DNA from: Paraspadella gotoi
Taxonomy: Eukaryota; Animalia; Chaetognatha
Length of the DNA: 64,000 nt
Direction: 5' to 3'
Assembly (NCBI GenBank): GCA_051294375.1
Contig: CM119267.1
Coordinates: 16,410,169-16,474,168, forward strand
How positions within the stretch are numbered: position 1 is the first letter of the stretch; each line of letters begins with the position of its first letter. A program made the position numbers and the translations under genes. Below are positions 26,420-41,200 of this stretch, piece by piece. The notes beneath the pieces are model-generated. The model saw only the letters and a program-made list of their open reading frames with translations. It was not told the origin of the DNA and did no database searches.

Positions 26420-29400
26420 CTCCCCCCCCACTGCTCCCTTCCTCATCGACTAACGAGAGGACAAGCGAGGGGGCGACGACTATGATATGCTCGCACGTTT
26501 TAAGAGCTATGGCACATTACCATTGCTTCTCTACATCAAATGTTCTCCGAAGTTTGATCCATTCCTCCCCTCTTCCCTTTCACCCTTCCTTCCATTCATC
26601 TTCTCCTCATCATCTCTTCCCTCCCACTCTTCCCCTTCTCACACACACGCATCATCCATCCATAACGCCCCAGCATCCATCCCCTTCTTCCGCCCTTTAC
26701 ACTGATCAGCATCCTTTCCCCATATAGAGGTATATGCGAGTCCCTAATGCGATGGATGGTTGCTGCGTCAGTTCGGTCGGCGCCTGTGCTGTCCTGCGCG
26801 GCCGGTCACGGTGCGAGCGTTCTTTCCTTCCTTTATCGGCCCTTGAGTATAAGGGTTGAATTATGCTTAGACATTAAATTTTCGTTTTTATTCTTCCGAC
26901 ACCTAATGATTATTAGTTAAAGTTTTATGCAAACAATGGGACGGAACCTTTTTTCTTTCCCTTCTGCATAAATTGTTTCTAAATTTCTCTTTTTCTCAAC
27001 CCTAGCGAAACTTGAATGGAAGAAAAATCGGGTACGTGTGCGGAAGGACCACTTGTGTGATACATATCCAACGGAGCGCTGGGTGTTTTGGAAAGAGATT
27101 AAAAAAATACCATTAAAAACTTTTTTTTTTTTATTATAACCGGTAGAGCGTGTGCACGTCTTTTTTTTTTTGGATAAACAGGTCGTCGACACGAACTGGG
27201 AGCGGGTACTAAGCTTTCCTCATCGAGCGCAGTGACGGGGATCTAGAGTTAGGTATACTAATTGAACGGTCGCGACACTGTCGAACAGATCCTGCGTATT
27301 TATAATTTAACCACGTGATATATTCATCTCTGTCTCAGCAAAAGAATGTCATAGGAAAGTTTCTATTGAACACTGCGTGGTGTAGGGGTAGGTGCAGTCT
27401 GTCTCTGACTAAGATCTAAAGTGCTTTTCTTTTCCTCTCAATAAAGAATAATATAGCTCCGTTTGCACTTATTCTATCGGCCCTTCTGCCTCCCTCCCGC
27501 TTCTCTGCATTCCTTCCTCTATATTCTCTCTCATCTCTCTCTTTCTCAATAATCTCTTCTCCAGATTCTGAATACTTCTCCGGGACTTCCTCACTTTCTT
27601 TTTTCGTTTTTTTCTTTTTTTTTGCAAGTTCTTTCGCGAGAACTTTCCCACTCATCCTCTCTCTCTTCTCTCCTCTTCTCTCTCTCCTCGTCTTCTCTTT
27701 CTCTCCTCCCTCATCTTTAATATCTAAATTGCGCACAGTCAGGTAATTGACGAATCATCTAAAACGGCTGTATCACGAAATGACGAAGGAAAAGTAACAG
27801 ATTCTTCTCTTTAATTCGTTACCTGGCGAAGATAAAGGGGACGAATTACCCACAGAAGAAAAAAGAACGTGGTGATGTGGAACTTATCGCGCCAGTGGTG
27901 CGGGGGGAGAGACGTGTAACTACGCGATGATGTCGCTGGTATTTCTCTTTGTATATGGTAACTGATATGATTGATTATATTATCTGTGATGTATCTGCGG
28001 AGCATAAACACGTTTTTCGGAATGACTTGAATATTTAAAAACATTCGGAGAGGAAATGCAAGACCTTTTATGGTTTTGGATAAATAAAAGATATATCTAC
28101 ATAATATTATAAGACGTTTTATTTTAGAAATCACTTATGGAAACTCTTATTGGCAGGAACTTATGGGTCAATCCAATTAAGATTAAATCCATATCGGTTT
28201 TTTTTTCTTGGTCGCCTGAGATTGCATTTAAGTATCCTGAGCTATAATGTAAGTATAGAATTTACGATCAGCGATGAATTGCGAATATCAAGGGGCCAAA
28301 ATTAAACAAAGTTATTGAACTTGTCACCAATTTTGTTTTTTACTTATTAGTCGATGTATTAATACTTCTTTATTACCCTAACTGACTCTCGTAGATATTC
28401 AAGTAATCAATCGAACCGTAAATTCCATTACTCACGACGAAGTTGCTAACGAGACAGGTTACAACTTAATTCTCTTCGAAAACACAGTTGCGTGAATCAG
28501 GTGTACTATATCAGCTCACGTGTCACGACAGGATTTTGGACATATGAATACTTCTTTAAACAAACCATGACATGATCTAGTTTAAACGGAATCGAACATG
28601 ACATTAAAGTTTTTCTATTTTCCTTCAACACAGACATGTCCACTGGCACTACCCTCCCGTCTCAGTCTCTCATTGTTTCCCCTTCTCGGCGGCGAAAATC
28701 CCTCCATCGCTCGCGACTCGCAGAAATTAATGAGCTCGCGGAAAGTAACACAACAAGAACATCACTGAGCCGAGCACACAATTCGGGATCCTCTCCTACC
28801 CAACGCCCTTACCCACACCCCCCTCCCATGCATCATCCTCTCTCTCCTCTCAGAATTCTCCTCTCTCAGTCTCATATCTTCCTTCTCATCACGCTCGCTC
28901 ATCCATTCTCTTCTCCTCTTCGTCCTCTCCCTATTATCTTTCTCTTTTGAGTTCTCCACATTCCTCCCTCCCACATTTAACATTATGGCGGTAGATGTTT
29001 TTTTTATCTAATTAACAATATTGAATATTTTCCAGTATACTATTATTGGCATTGAAGCACTCTGACCGATTCGTTTAGCGTTGTCGTCGTCGTCTATCGT
29101 TGTTGTCGTGTTAGATGGCATCGCAATCGGGTCGGCTATGTTATTTCGAGTATCCTCATCGCTTCGGTTCTTTCTCAAAGCGAGCGCGAAGCGTTTTTGA
29201 TGACGTCGTGTACGTCGTCGATCGATTAATAAGGTTCTTGGTCGTATTTCTTGAGGAAAAGCAGCACGAGAAGAGGGCGGGGGCGGCGGGCGTCCAGCGG
29301 CGGCGGCGGCGGCAGGCCAAGAACGATTCCATCTTTCAGTCGCGCGGTGAAACACATCTTTCTCGTCTGACAACTTCGACACTACGACATACTCCTCCTT

Positions 29401-29903
29401 CCATCTCTGGCCGACATGAGAGACGCAGGCCACTAGAAACCTCTGCCGACGCTCTCTTCGAGGCGTCTCCACCAGGCCCCCCTCAACGGGCCGCCCTTAA
29501 AAGGCCCCTCCCTCTGTTTGATATCGTTCCGCAATCTCGACCGCAAGAGCCCCCTGTCCAGACCTCCGCACTGAAAGAGTTGCAAAGGGTCTTTTCCCTC
29601 GAAATTTTTCAACCCGGAAGCGCGTGGCCGCTTTTGAGTTCGGTCCTGGAACTAAAACTATAGTACCTATATGAATTACAACATTTTCCTTTTTAAGTTA
29701 AAACCTGGAGAACACTTTAAGAAGAAGTTATATTCGAACTGTTTCTTTCTCATAATTTGGTTTTCTCCGTTCTTTCTTTTACAAATAAACCTGGGGAAAA
29801 GTTCTTTAAGGAACTATGTACACCCTATTCGATCCAGAAAAATGAAGAGATCGAGAGAAATCGAGTGCTAAAGTCAGAGAAAAAAGAGAGAAAAGCAGTC
29901 GTA

Positions 29904-29939
<36 letters not shown>

Positions 29940-30812
29940 AAGAGAGAGAGAGAGAAGAGAGAGAGATGAATACATTCCTGGAAAAAGAGAGAGAGAGAGT
30001 TTCCGTATAACTGCCTATGAAAAAAGAACCATTTAATTGCATCATAGCGTGAGTTACTAACGCAAGGAGGGGAACCTCTCCACATTTTACTGTCTCGGAA
30101 TTGCGCCGAATTCTTCAATGACCACAGAGAATCTGGATTCGCGAGACCCCCCTTTTCTCCTTCTTCGTTGGCCGCCTTTTAATCTTTTTATAAAGACAAA
30201 AACGGTTGAAATTTCCCCACTTGCGTTTAAGATAAAGAAAGATTTCTTGTCGACACGATACCGAAAAATATCGATTATTTTAATAAAAATAGTTTAGAAA
30301 AAAGGACCTTTTTTAAAATATTGATTAAGTATATTTATGTATATAAAAGGTGAGCGGTTTGGGCGGCTGTTGTAGATTTAATTGGTCACTCTTTGCTGTT
30401 AAAATAAATAATCAGAAAAAATTACAAGGTCAAAAATCATCTTTCTAATTTAAAAAATAAACATAAAACACAACAATTAATGAATCCTGGATTGCGGCCG
30501 TCAAGTTTTTATTAACCGATCGTTAGACGTACTTGTGTCGTATCAAACTTGGGAAGATTACGCAGACCAGGGTGAATGTTAAAAAAAAAAAAAAGAGTGA
30601 ATTCCCACGTAATGAGGCGGAGCGAAAGAAAAAATTAAAAAAAAGGCTTAAATAAAAAAAAAAAAAGTCGGAAAAATAATATCGAAATTCCCTATTTTTA
30701 AAATAAATGAGAAAAGTCGTTAAGATTTCTTTCTTTCTAAACTTATAACTCTCCTTTCCCTTGACATCACAACCTCTGCCTGAAAGAACTTTGCCTCACT
30801 TTTTTTAAACCA
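26420..30812. repeat. Right arm of the large inverted duplication (noisy, insertion-rich copy of 5546-10460)
   Basis: Collinear reverse-complement matches with many 1-5 bp insertions. It ends ~60 bp before a 25-N gap. The 27.2-28.1 kb part could not be aligned by eye. Confidence 0.8.
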
Positions 30813-33800
30813 CCGACTCGGATCGCCTCTCTCCTCGACTCTCTCGTCTCGTCTCCTCTCATTCTGTCGCAACNNNNNNNNNNNNNNNNNNNNNNNNNTT
30901 GGATTTCCCGTGTTTTCCTTCCTCGTTTTCTCGGGTTTAACGACGAAACGTAAAAAGTGGGGAAAGTCGACGTTTCGATCGTCAAATTCGATTTCGAAGG
31001 AAAATTGAGATCATGGTTCCTCCTTTTTTCCCCTTTTTTTCCTCCTTTATCTTTATTTTCTTTCTTTTTCGTCTTTCTTATTGGTTTCTTTCCTCCATTT
31101 TTCTTCATTCATTTTCCTTTGTTATCATTCTCCTGTCTTTTCTTTCTTCTTTTTCATCCGTTATCTTTTACCGCGTTTTCTTTTTTTTTATCTGTTCACT
31201 TTCCACTTTCCACTCTTTTTTTACTTTCTCTCTGTTTTTCCACTATCTGAAACAAACATAATCAATATTTGGATACTGTACCCCCCCCCTTACTTTTAAT
31301 TTCCTTCACGCTCCACAACACCCCAATACAAACAGGTCCTCCAGCCCAGTTTCGCCACATAAACCCCTAGTGTTTTCGATTTTGCCAAAAAGAGACACTC
31401 GCTCCGCAGTTTGCTTCTAAAAAGGTGCCCANNNNNNNNNNNNNNNNNNNNNNNNNNNNNNNNNNNNNNNNNNNNNNNNNNNNNNNNNNNNNNNNNNNNN
31501 NNNNNNNNNNNNNNNNNNNNNNNNNNNNNNNNNNNNNNNNNNNNNNNNNNNNNNNNNNNNNNNNNNNNNNNNNNNNNNNNNNNNNNNNNNNNNNNNNNNN
31601 NNNNNNNNNNNNNNNNNNNNNNNNNNNNNNNNNNNNNNNNNNNNNNNNNNNNNNNNNNNNNNNNNNNAAATATACAAACAATACCAGAGGATCAATATAG
31701 AGCGACGGCGCCGATACCCGCGGTTCATGACGACTGGAAGGCGATTGGAAAGGAATGGAGGGAGACATTGACTGTTGACGAGATGTCATCTTCGTTGGCA
31801 TCGGGGGGGAAGGTAAAGTAATCTTTATAAAATAATTGTATATAAAGTATATTTAAACTAATACATTCGAAAAGAAATTCAGGAAAAAAAAAAGATTTAA
31901 TTCTGATTCCGAAGCCTCTTTTTTCCATGCCGATGACAAATACAGCGGCGATGACAGGAACGACGACGACGACGAGGAGGACGACAGTAATGGCGTTTAT
32001 GGCGGCGACGATGACGACGACGACGATCTCCGGTCTCAGATCTCGGAGGAAGCGACGTAGGCGGGGAATGAAAAGCCGGGGATTATGATGACAAACAACT
32101 GTTTATGGCCTTTTGTCGGTCGNNNNNNNNNNNNNNNNNNNNNNNNNNNNNNNNNNNNNNNNNNNNNNNNNNNNNNNNNNNNNNNNNNNNNNNNNNNNNN
32201 NNNNNNNNNNNNNNNNNNNNNNNNNNNNNNNNNNNNNNNNNNNNNNNNNNNNNNNNNNNNNNNNNNNNNNNNNNNNNNNNNNNNNNNNNNNNNNNNNNNN
32301 NNNNNNNNNNNNNNNNNNNNNNNNNNNNNNNNNNNNNNNNNNNNNNNNNNNNNNNNNNNNNNNNNNNNNNNNNNNNNNNNNNNNNNNNNNNNNNNNNNNN
32401 NNNNNNNNNNNNNNNNNNNNNNNNNNNNNNNNNNNNNNNNNNNNNNNNNNNNNNNNNNNNNNNNNNNNNNNNNNNNNNNNNNNNNNNNNNNNNNNNNNNN
32501 NNNNNNNNNNNNNNNNNNNNNNNNNNNNNNNNNNNNNNNNNNNNNNNNNNNNNNNNNNNNNNNNNNNNNNNNNNNNNNNNNNNNNNNNNNNNNNNNNNNN
32601 NNNNNAAAAAGAGAGAGAGAGAGAGAGAGAGACGACGGTTGGCAGAGAAGCGTTTTTCTTTGAAGCGAAGTCATAAATCATTTCCAGCGGCAAATTGGAA
32701 ATCATTCCAAACGACGACCGCCCCACGGAATATATATACACCGTACAAGTTGACAGGTAATGTTTTTTATATTTTTTTCTTTACGAACCCTTGGGGCCCA
32801 AAATCGTAATAATCAAGCGGAATGATTGGAGCGACTATAAAATAATCGGGCGAATGATTGGAACGAACGTAAAATGGTTGGAGCTCGAAGGCTCCATTCA
32901 GATTTTGTGGCTCGAAAGAAAAAATGAGATTGGAATTTATCTCTTGGGGTCAGAGAGAAAATATGAAAACTGTGGAGTTGGGATTTGGATCTCTCTTCTA
33001 TTTAATTAAGATAAGCTAATGGGAAAGATATATGACTGCAGTAATTATTGGAAAAGTAAGTTAATCGTACAGTGGAGGACTTGATGTCAAGAGTATATAT
33101 TAGGACCTAGTCCCCTTGAGAGCCTTCGGATCAGGGCTGTAACACCATGGTTACAGGGGCGGGGTTAAGCGGGGCCCGTCACCCTCTTAACTGGCCAGAC
33201 GACCACCGGGGCTTGAAACCTCCCCGGAACCGTTTGGGTTGGGAGGGCGAATGAACTTGCCTCCGGCAACCATGGCCGCTGAATGACGGTTGAGGGATTT
33301 AGTCGGCCATGACTCCCCTCCCGTAGGGAGAAGTTCTTTGCGTCTCTTCAGTGAATTGTTTTGTTGGTGGAAAGTTCTTCTCATCTCTCTTCTAAGTTAG
33401 AGGACCGTGTGCTGCTCCGATGTCGCATATGTTTGTGGGGCGGAAATGCATCGCCAGGTTGAGGCATGGCTCGCGCTGCGGAGAAAGATGTTGATTTGTT
33501 TGCTTAGGCTCGTTTTGTCATTTCCGGAAGTCGGGCCCCTCACTCCAATGAAGAAGACACGTAATTATTGATTCCAATGCTGTTATTCCTCTCTCTACTT
33601 CTCTCTCTCTCTCAGTCTCTCTCTGCTCTCTCGATCTCTCCCTCTCTCTCTTCCTTTCTCTCTCGATCGATCTCCATACGCCGTCGCGCCACAATACAAT
33701 GTCTCGATCTTTGACCAATCACCACATCTTTTCGTTTGTTTTTTGATTTATTCTTTCCCAATTCCCCGCCGCCCGCCCGCTACCATATTCCCTGGCGCGC

Positions 33801-36800
33801 GAGGCCGAATTAGCCATGATTGCCGGACCAGCATCCTCTCGTGTACCAGCCGNNNNNNNNNNNNNNNNNNNNNNNNNCCGAAAGCTTCGATGCCCTGATG
33901 CTCTGACAGAAATCGAAACCTCGCAACTCGTTGCAACGCATGTCGCCGCCATCGCTGGGCAATCTCGATCCCCCCCTACTCCCTTCAGCGCCCTCCCACC
34001 TCCCCTCCCCATTTTTCCCGCCTTAAATCCTTATTAATAGGCCATCGTGAGCTGGCGGTGGGTGCTGGGGTTAAAAAAGGGAACGGGATCGGGTTGTCGC
34101 TTGTCAGAGTGATCGACCGTCGACGCCCTCATGGACGAAAAAGACTCTAATTCCATCAAATGACGAAAAATGACAAAGAAACGACTCGAGAATTCTTTCT
34201 CTTTTTTTTACTTTTCTTCTTTTCTGCGACGCAAACACGAAATTAAAAGCGAATAAAAACGGAGAACGTCGTTCGAAGGAAGAAGATGAAATATCGTCAC
34301 GAAAGAGACAAAACAATGCTTTTTTTTTTTATTTTTTACTTCAGCTACATTGTTTGTGCGCTGCGCATTGTTCTTGGACGTTTGTAGTCAAAGGATCCTT
34401 TTTCCGCTTTTCGTTCCGTCTTTTTCTCGTTATTTTTAATGGGGTAGCGATTCTTTCTTTCCCTTTTCCTTTTCCTTCCGTTTTTTGTGTCTTTTTTTTC
34501 TTTTTCTTTCGTTTTTCTTTTACTGTTTTCTTTTTATTGCTGATCCTTCACTTTAGATATTCTTTTCTTTGTTTATTTCTTTCTTTTTTCTTTCCTTTTC
34601 TTTCTTCTCGAGTCGGCTTGATTCTATTTTTTCTTGTCTTTTCTTTCTCTTGGTCTTTTTTTATTTTTTTCTTGTCTTTCTTTTTTTTTAGTCTTTTTCT
34701 CCTTTCTTATTTTTGTTTCAGTTTTTTCTTTTTTTTTTTTTTTTCCCTTTTTTTTTTCTGTTTTTATTGTTCCTGGCTTTTTTCCTGTTTTTGTTTTTTT
34801 TTTTTTTCCTCTCTATAGCTTTTTTCTCTTCCTCAATAAAAATCAGAAGTGAAGGAGAGACACGAAAGACCCCTCGTTTTTTTTATTCTCATTTTCTTTC
34901 GCCCGTCCTCTCAACCAGCTTTTGTTTTTGTGTTAATTAAAGACATATCCCTGATTATTATTTTATTTTTACAACTTCTAGCTTTTTATCAGAGCTGTAC
35001 GCATGTTACCCCGCGTGTATTTATTATTTTGTCTCTTCCTGGGTTTCATCCTCAGACCGACGACTCTGTAGACACATGTTTGTTGGTACGTTGATTGCTA
35101 TTTTGGTTTTTCCATACAATTACCTTATGACGTATGTAAATTGTTTAGTTACATACAGTCATTAACCAAGGACTTTACACTTTAGATGTCGCCTCTTTCC
35201 ATGTTGGTTTACCATATCCTCTATTAGCTTATCATTACTAAGCGTCTTCTATTAGTTTCGAGTGTAGCTTCTCTATTAATAGGACACTATTCGCTTTGCC
35301 TTTCGGCTCCATTATTTCCCATTCTCAGCTGTGCTGGTTTCAGGATTTGTTTCACTACTTTTTTTTTCCATTACTATCTGGCGGAGGAGGAATGAACGAA
35401 GCGAGAATTAAATAAAAATAATGTGTAGTTATTAGATAATAGGTCAATTACGCGCAGGGAATATCCCAGGAACCTTTTTTTCTATATTGCCGTAGAAAAA
35501 AAAAAGAATAAGTAGAAAGGAAAAAGGGGAAGAAGCCCAGGTTTGTGGAAGGAGTCATAGATTGATGTATCTAGTGCTGATAGCTCCACCTGCTAGTTAC
35601 TGCTATGAGGAGTAATCATTTTGTCTTTTACATTTCTATCCTCACTGCTATTAGATTTTCCTTCGCTGCTTCGGCACAAAACGCACGGGGCGGAAAAACT
35701 ATCAGCGAGGTTTGAGCAGGCCACTGGTTATCAATACTGAAGGAGGTGGTATTCCGCCATTTCGTGTTTACGATAGAGTCGCAGGTTAGATGCGTTAGAG
35801 TCGGCATAGGTGGGTTTAGGTGGGTCTGATAGAGGACGGGCGAGGAAAAATTGATCAGGTGGGCTGCGCGTGGATTACTTGGGGGATAGGGGTCACCTTC
35901 TAGGTTCTAGGCTTGGAGACAATATGATATGAGATTTGACCAGTGTTTTGGAGCAGAAGAGAGACGAGGAGGAGAGGAGAGTGAGTCGCTCAGCGGCGAA
36001 AAGTTTCGACGGATTCGCATTGGGCTGACAAGAGAGAGCTTATTTTATGTCTCAGAGAAGGTTATATTTTACTGCGGTACGCCAGGAAGGAGAGAGAGCA
36101 TTGGAGAGAGCAGAGAGTGATGAGAGGAGGAGAGAAGAGACTTGTAGAGTAGATTGTGAGAGAAGTCAGAGGAGATAGTAGGAGAAGTAGAGATCGGGGG
36201 AGGACCATGAGACTAAAGCCGGAAATAGGTGTTCCCAGGCAAAGACGAGAGTAGAGAAGAAGAGAGAGGAGAGGAATACGCCTTCCTGACTTGGTAAGAC
36301 GGGTATCTTTCTTTTCGCGGGGGGGTGGCGAGTTTTTTAGGCGGGCAATGCGCACTACGCTGCAGCGCCTAAAAATATATTCATACAGGGTCAGTTGTAC
36401 TCTGATACAGCTGTACTGTTTCGGGTTTTTTTGCAGTCTTGCGATGTGATGCGCGGGTTGTTCGAACGTCAGCATCAAGGATGATTAATAAGTAGGAGGT
36501 GAGAAAAAGAGAGAAAGAGAGAGTGCATGCACGAGCCGTAAATGATAGGTAGGGATGTTTAGTTTTTTTTATGTAAAGTTATGTGAGGTGTAGTAACGCA
36601 GAGTGAGGAATGATACGATTTGATTATAAATCAGAGAAATCAGAGATTTTTGAAGTACAAATTTACAAAGAGATTAGCGTGAGAACATTTTTTGGCAACG
36701 CGAACTGGATTGATTTCATCGCATTCTGTGCTTATTTTTGTCACTTGAGACAGATTTAGCGATACTCGACACATAACGCTCGGAAATTGAGATCGCGCTG

Positions 36801-38299
36801 TCTCAAACGGACGATGTCAATCTGACCCCGATCGCATTTTAATTCATATTCATATTCGCACCCAGGCGACGCACAAGTGAAGAGGAGGGAAAGATTTTAC
36901 TCCGAACATGAGCTCGCTCGGGAGGACGATCGAGATAAACTACATCTAGTGAATGAAGAGGTTTGTAGAAAACAGAGTGCAGTATGAGAGAGAGCGATAG
37001 AGAAGACGATGGAGCCTGATCGAAATGTAGGCCAGGAGAGATCGGTTAACATAAAGTAGCAGTTTTAAAGAGTAGATTATGCCAAGAATCTACGCACTAC
37101 GAGCGTAACAGATTTGTGTCATTGTTTTTTACTTCTTCTAAATATGGCCGATCTTCTTTATACAGGCTTCTGGCTAATATTTTGCTCATTCGGAAGCGAC
37201 TGTTTTAAATTAGGCGTTCCATAAGTCTTGGAATCTAATGTCTTGGGATCTCAATAAACCGTACTGCATGAAAATAGAACTTGATCCGTTCTAAACATTG
37301 CGAGCTTATATTGCTCGAGTCAACGTCCCTCGTCTCAGGAAATGAAGAGTACATACTGGACACGCGCTTCTCTGGATTTTAGATATAGTTGGCTGCTAAC
37401 TCGACTCGCACAACGCCGAGCTGACATTTGAGCGGCTGGTCGCGAGCGAGGCTCTTGAACGACGTGGTCACGAGCGACGCATCTGACTGTGACACCAGGA
37501 GGCGGCGGCCGACGATCGGTGGCTTACTGTGCGGCAAAGATGAGTCTGAAAGGGAAGATGACGCAAAGAGGAGTCAATATTGGTCTCGTTTTTTTTTCTT
37601 GCGTTTTCTCATTCATTCGCTTCGGAATCTCTTTCTTACTTCTGCATACCTTCGTCTCAGAACAAAATGCGGTGCCGAGCGTAATAAGTTATTTTGGGAG
37701 CAGGGACCGTGACGGAAATGAGTCGTCTGCATCTGTGAACAAATTTCACATAATATCGGTTTCTGTCCAATTGCCGACGAGGAGAGAAAATTTGAAGTTT
37801 TTTACAGATGGGAAGCCGAGAAAGCGGAGAGCATTGTGACCCGAGACATATATCCAGTGCGAGGCCTGTTCTTATCATAGTCGCCGTAACCAATTTTTTT
37901 AAAATCCTACTCTCTATTTGGATTAGGCCGTCCTTTTAATGGTTGTTAATGGCTGTCATATTAACTTATCTGTCAAAGGGCCATCCGATATAGAATCTAT
38001 TTGTGTTACGTGCGGTTGAGTAAAATATTTGCGAAAGTCGGAAAGTGAAATGATACCCTGTATAGTCATATATTTTATGTATCATTCTAATTTTTTTTAA
38101 TTCCTCTCTCTTCTTTCCTTCTCTTCTTGGATGTTCGTGCATCCTCATCGCCTCTTAGTTCACTGCCTCTCATCGAGGAGTAAGGTAAAAAAAAAAAAAC
38201 CGCCCAGAAGTTTGTCAGTGTTTAGATTCAGATTTTTTTTTTCCGACTTCCTCCTTATAGATTGCTTATCGCGAACTCTTTAGGCGTTATCTATTTTCG

Positions 38300-41200
38300 A
38301 TTGGTCGATTCGCGCGATGTACGACCCAGTGGGTTCGGGAGTCGAGTCAAATCACTCATTTCTGACTCTTGATAGGGTAAATAGTCTTCGAACGTGGGAG
38401 GGAAGACATAGAACTATTGGCGGCCCGCGGCCGAGGAACAGAAATACATTCCCTTTCCTCATCATGTCATTTTATCGTCTTATGTCCATGAACGAACGCG
38501 CTGAAAATCCCTTTTAAATTGACCACGCTATCCAACGAAAACCGTGTGTCCGTCGCCCGCATCAATTAAATATTAATTAGTAGACCTAGCTCTGATAAAA
38601 AAAGCCCAGTATTTAAATATATTTCTTTACCAGGCCCCAAGGTAGAAAATGCATGGCAATGATTGTTAATATTTAAAGTTTCCCAAAAGTATCAGACCAT
38701 AAATATAGGCAAAATATTACCCAAAATGATCTGTCGGAAAATCACCCCTCTGGAAGATTTTTCCGCATAGAAGATTTTTCCACGGAATCTGACTCCGCGG
38801 TTGAGAAAACTCACTTAAGAATTCCGAAATCGTTAGCCCTCTTATTACTTTTACTTTAAATAAAAAGTTTATCAACCAAATGGCTAATTCACATTTCCTC
38901 AGCGAGCGTATCACTAGTCAAAATAACCCAAGTAAAATAGTAAAGAAAAAAATTGAGAAGCCCTTCAGATACACTTTGCCAAAGATTCACAAAATTAGAC
39001 GTCATTTGTTGTAACAGGAACATACTCAAGTCCACGTTTAATATCGTTTTCAAGAAAAAAACCTGTTCATTTCTATAATAAAATCAGAAGAATATAAAAA
39101 TTTTCCCCATCCAGAACAGTCTATTTGTTCTGGCTTTTCTTGATATCAAGATGTGATAGTTTGACAAGAGAAAAGAAAAAAAATGGCGAGCCCTTACAGC
39201 ATGCAACAGGATTCGGAATCAAGTGTTTTACATCGATTATTTACCAGAATTTAACCAGGAGCGTTTATTTGTTTGGTAGTCAGATTTGAGACCGAAAAAT
39301 CTCCATTGAAAAAGTCTTCCTCGAATCTCTAAGAAACGACGATGACATCCTATTATTCAGAAAAAAATGAATTTAGTGAATCCTGTTGTCTTGCTAACGT
39401 TTGGATTTTTAAAAAATAAATGTTCAAATAACCTTAAAGCAGAAAAATTAGTAGCCCCACAAATTATTCGCAGTGTGGCCTCACTACGTTTTAAACAGTG
39501 GTTAATGTTGTTTCGGCAAAAATCGACGGTGTAAGTTTTTTAATATTTTTTTTTACTGGGTGTCAATTGCGAATTCAGTAATCTTCGAGTGCGAAGAGCT
39601 CGGATAACTCGATATTTTCGGAGGAGGGTACAGTAATTGGTGTGAAGATGAAAGAACGGTAAGTGGGTAACATACCTTTGGTCAATCATTTTGTTATTCC
39701 TCCATTGTTTTTCAGAAACCGAGTTTAATTTTTAATAACGCATTAGAGCGGGTGACTTAAACTAATTTATTTAGGGATATGTCTTTCTAACTCTCATCGC
39801 AATTGGAATTCACTTAAAATTAGCAACTTAATCAACCTGAAACGTACTTATTCGAACGATAATAAAAATGATTTCATATAGATAGCGGCCTCATATTTGT
39901 CCATACAATTTTGTTGAGAGCGAAAGTTTATTTAGATAAAATATCGTGGAAAAATAAATTGAGACGATAAAAAAATAAGATACAGGAACAAACATCGGGA
40001 ATGAGAAAGAAATTAGAAGAAGAGAGAGGAGAGAGAAGAGAGAGAGAAGAGAGAGAACGAGAGAGAGCAGAGAGAGGCGATTTTGTAACTGCTTTTCTTC
40101 TATAATTTAAAAAAACACATTTATTTAGGGGGAGGAGAGCGCGAGGAGAAGGTACAAGTTTGCGTTTTCATTTGAATATAAGAGTTAAGGAGCGAAAAAC
40201 GGGAAGAAATCGAACGAATAACATCAGCAGTCACAACCATGAATATCTTCTTTTTTTTTCCCACTTAAAAACCAAAAAATTACCAAGGGAAGGCGTTTTT
40301 ATTTCCGTTTAACAGCGAAAGAAGAGAGAAGAGAGAGAAGAGACAGTGTTGAAGTCTTGGGATAAGCTCCAGGAAATTTTCTTTTTTAAAAAATGACATT
40401 CAAAAATAGGAGCAAAAGAGGGGGCAAGCGCCCGAGGGTAGACTTATTGTTGAGAGAGCAATGCGGTCGGACCAAATTCTAATATGTATCTATGGGATCC
40501 CACTAATGCGCTAAGATGAGATGGCATGCGGGTAGCGAGCTAGAAAAAGATAGGAATCATAGAAAAAAAAGGTAAAAAAAAGGAAGAGGGGTTCAACGAT
40601 CTGTAAGACTGGCGTTTGGTTGCGGGGGAAAAAAAGGGCATAGCGATGAAAAAAAAACCAGGTATGGAGTATATTTTTTTGTTTTTAAGATTAAAACCGA
40701 AAAATAAAATTAAAAACTGGCAAACCAATGAAAAAAAATCTGAAGGGATTTTTCTAATTCAAGACTGTCTAAATCGAAAAGGATTTTCACGAGAGTTTTT
40801 TGGGTTCGAAAACCGAGAGACATTTGGTTTTTTTCTATCGGGTCTTGTGGCATATCTGTACGACGGGATTAAAAAACAAACAAAAGATCATTTTCGACGA
40901 CAATCGTTTTAAACCAAAAGTTTATCTGTTTTTTTCAGGTTCTAAAAAATAAGCTGATATGTCACAATTTTTATCTAAATGAAAATCAAAAAAGGCTAAA
41001 AAGAGAGAATGAGTTTTTTGGTTGTTTTTTTTGTTTATTTTTTTATTTTGTGTGAAGAGAGAAAAAATTACAGCATCTGCCGAATTTTGAACTGACGATT
41101 TAATGGTTTCGATTTTATTGGATTATATCCGGATATTATTTTTAAACAGATTACCGTAACTCGTCGCATCTCGTTACTACTGTAGGGTGCAAGATTAGAT

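Noticed and set aside
40440-40460. Possible SMRTbell adapter remnant (ttattgttgagagag)
   Set aside because: The match is too short to be meaningful in an AG-rich background.
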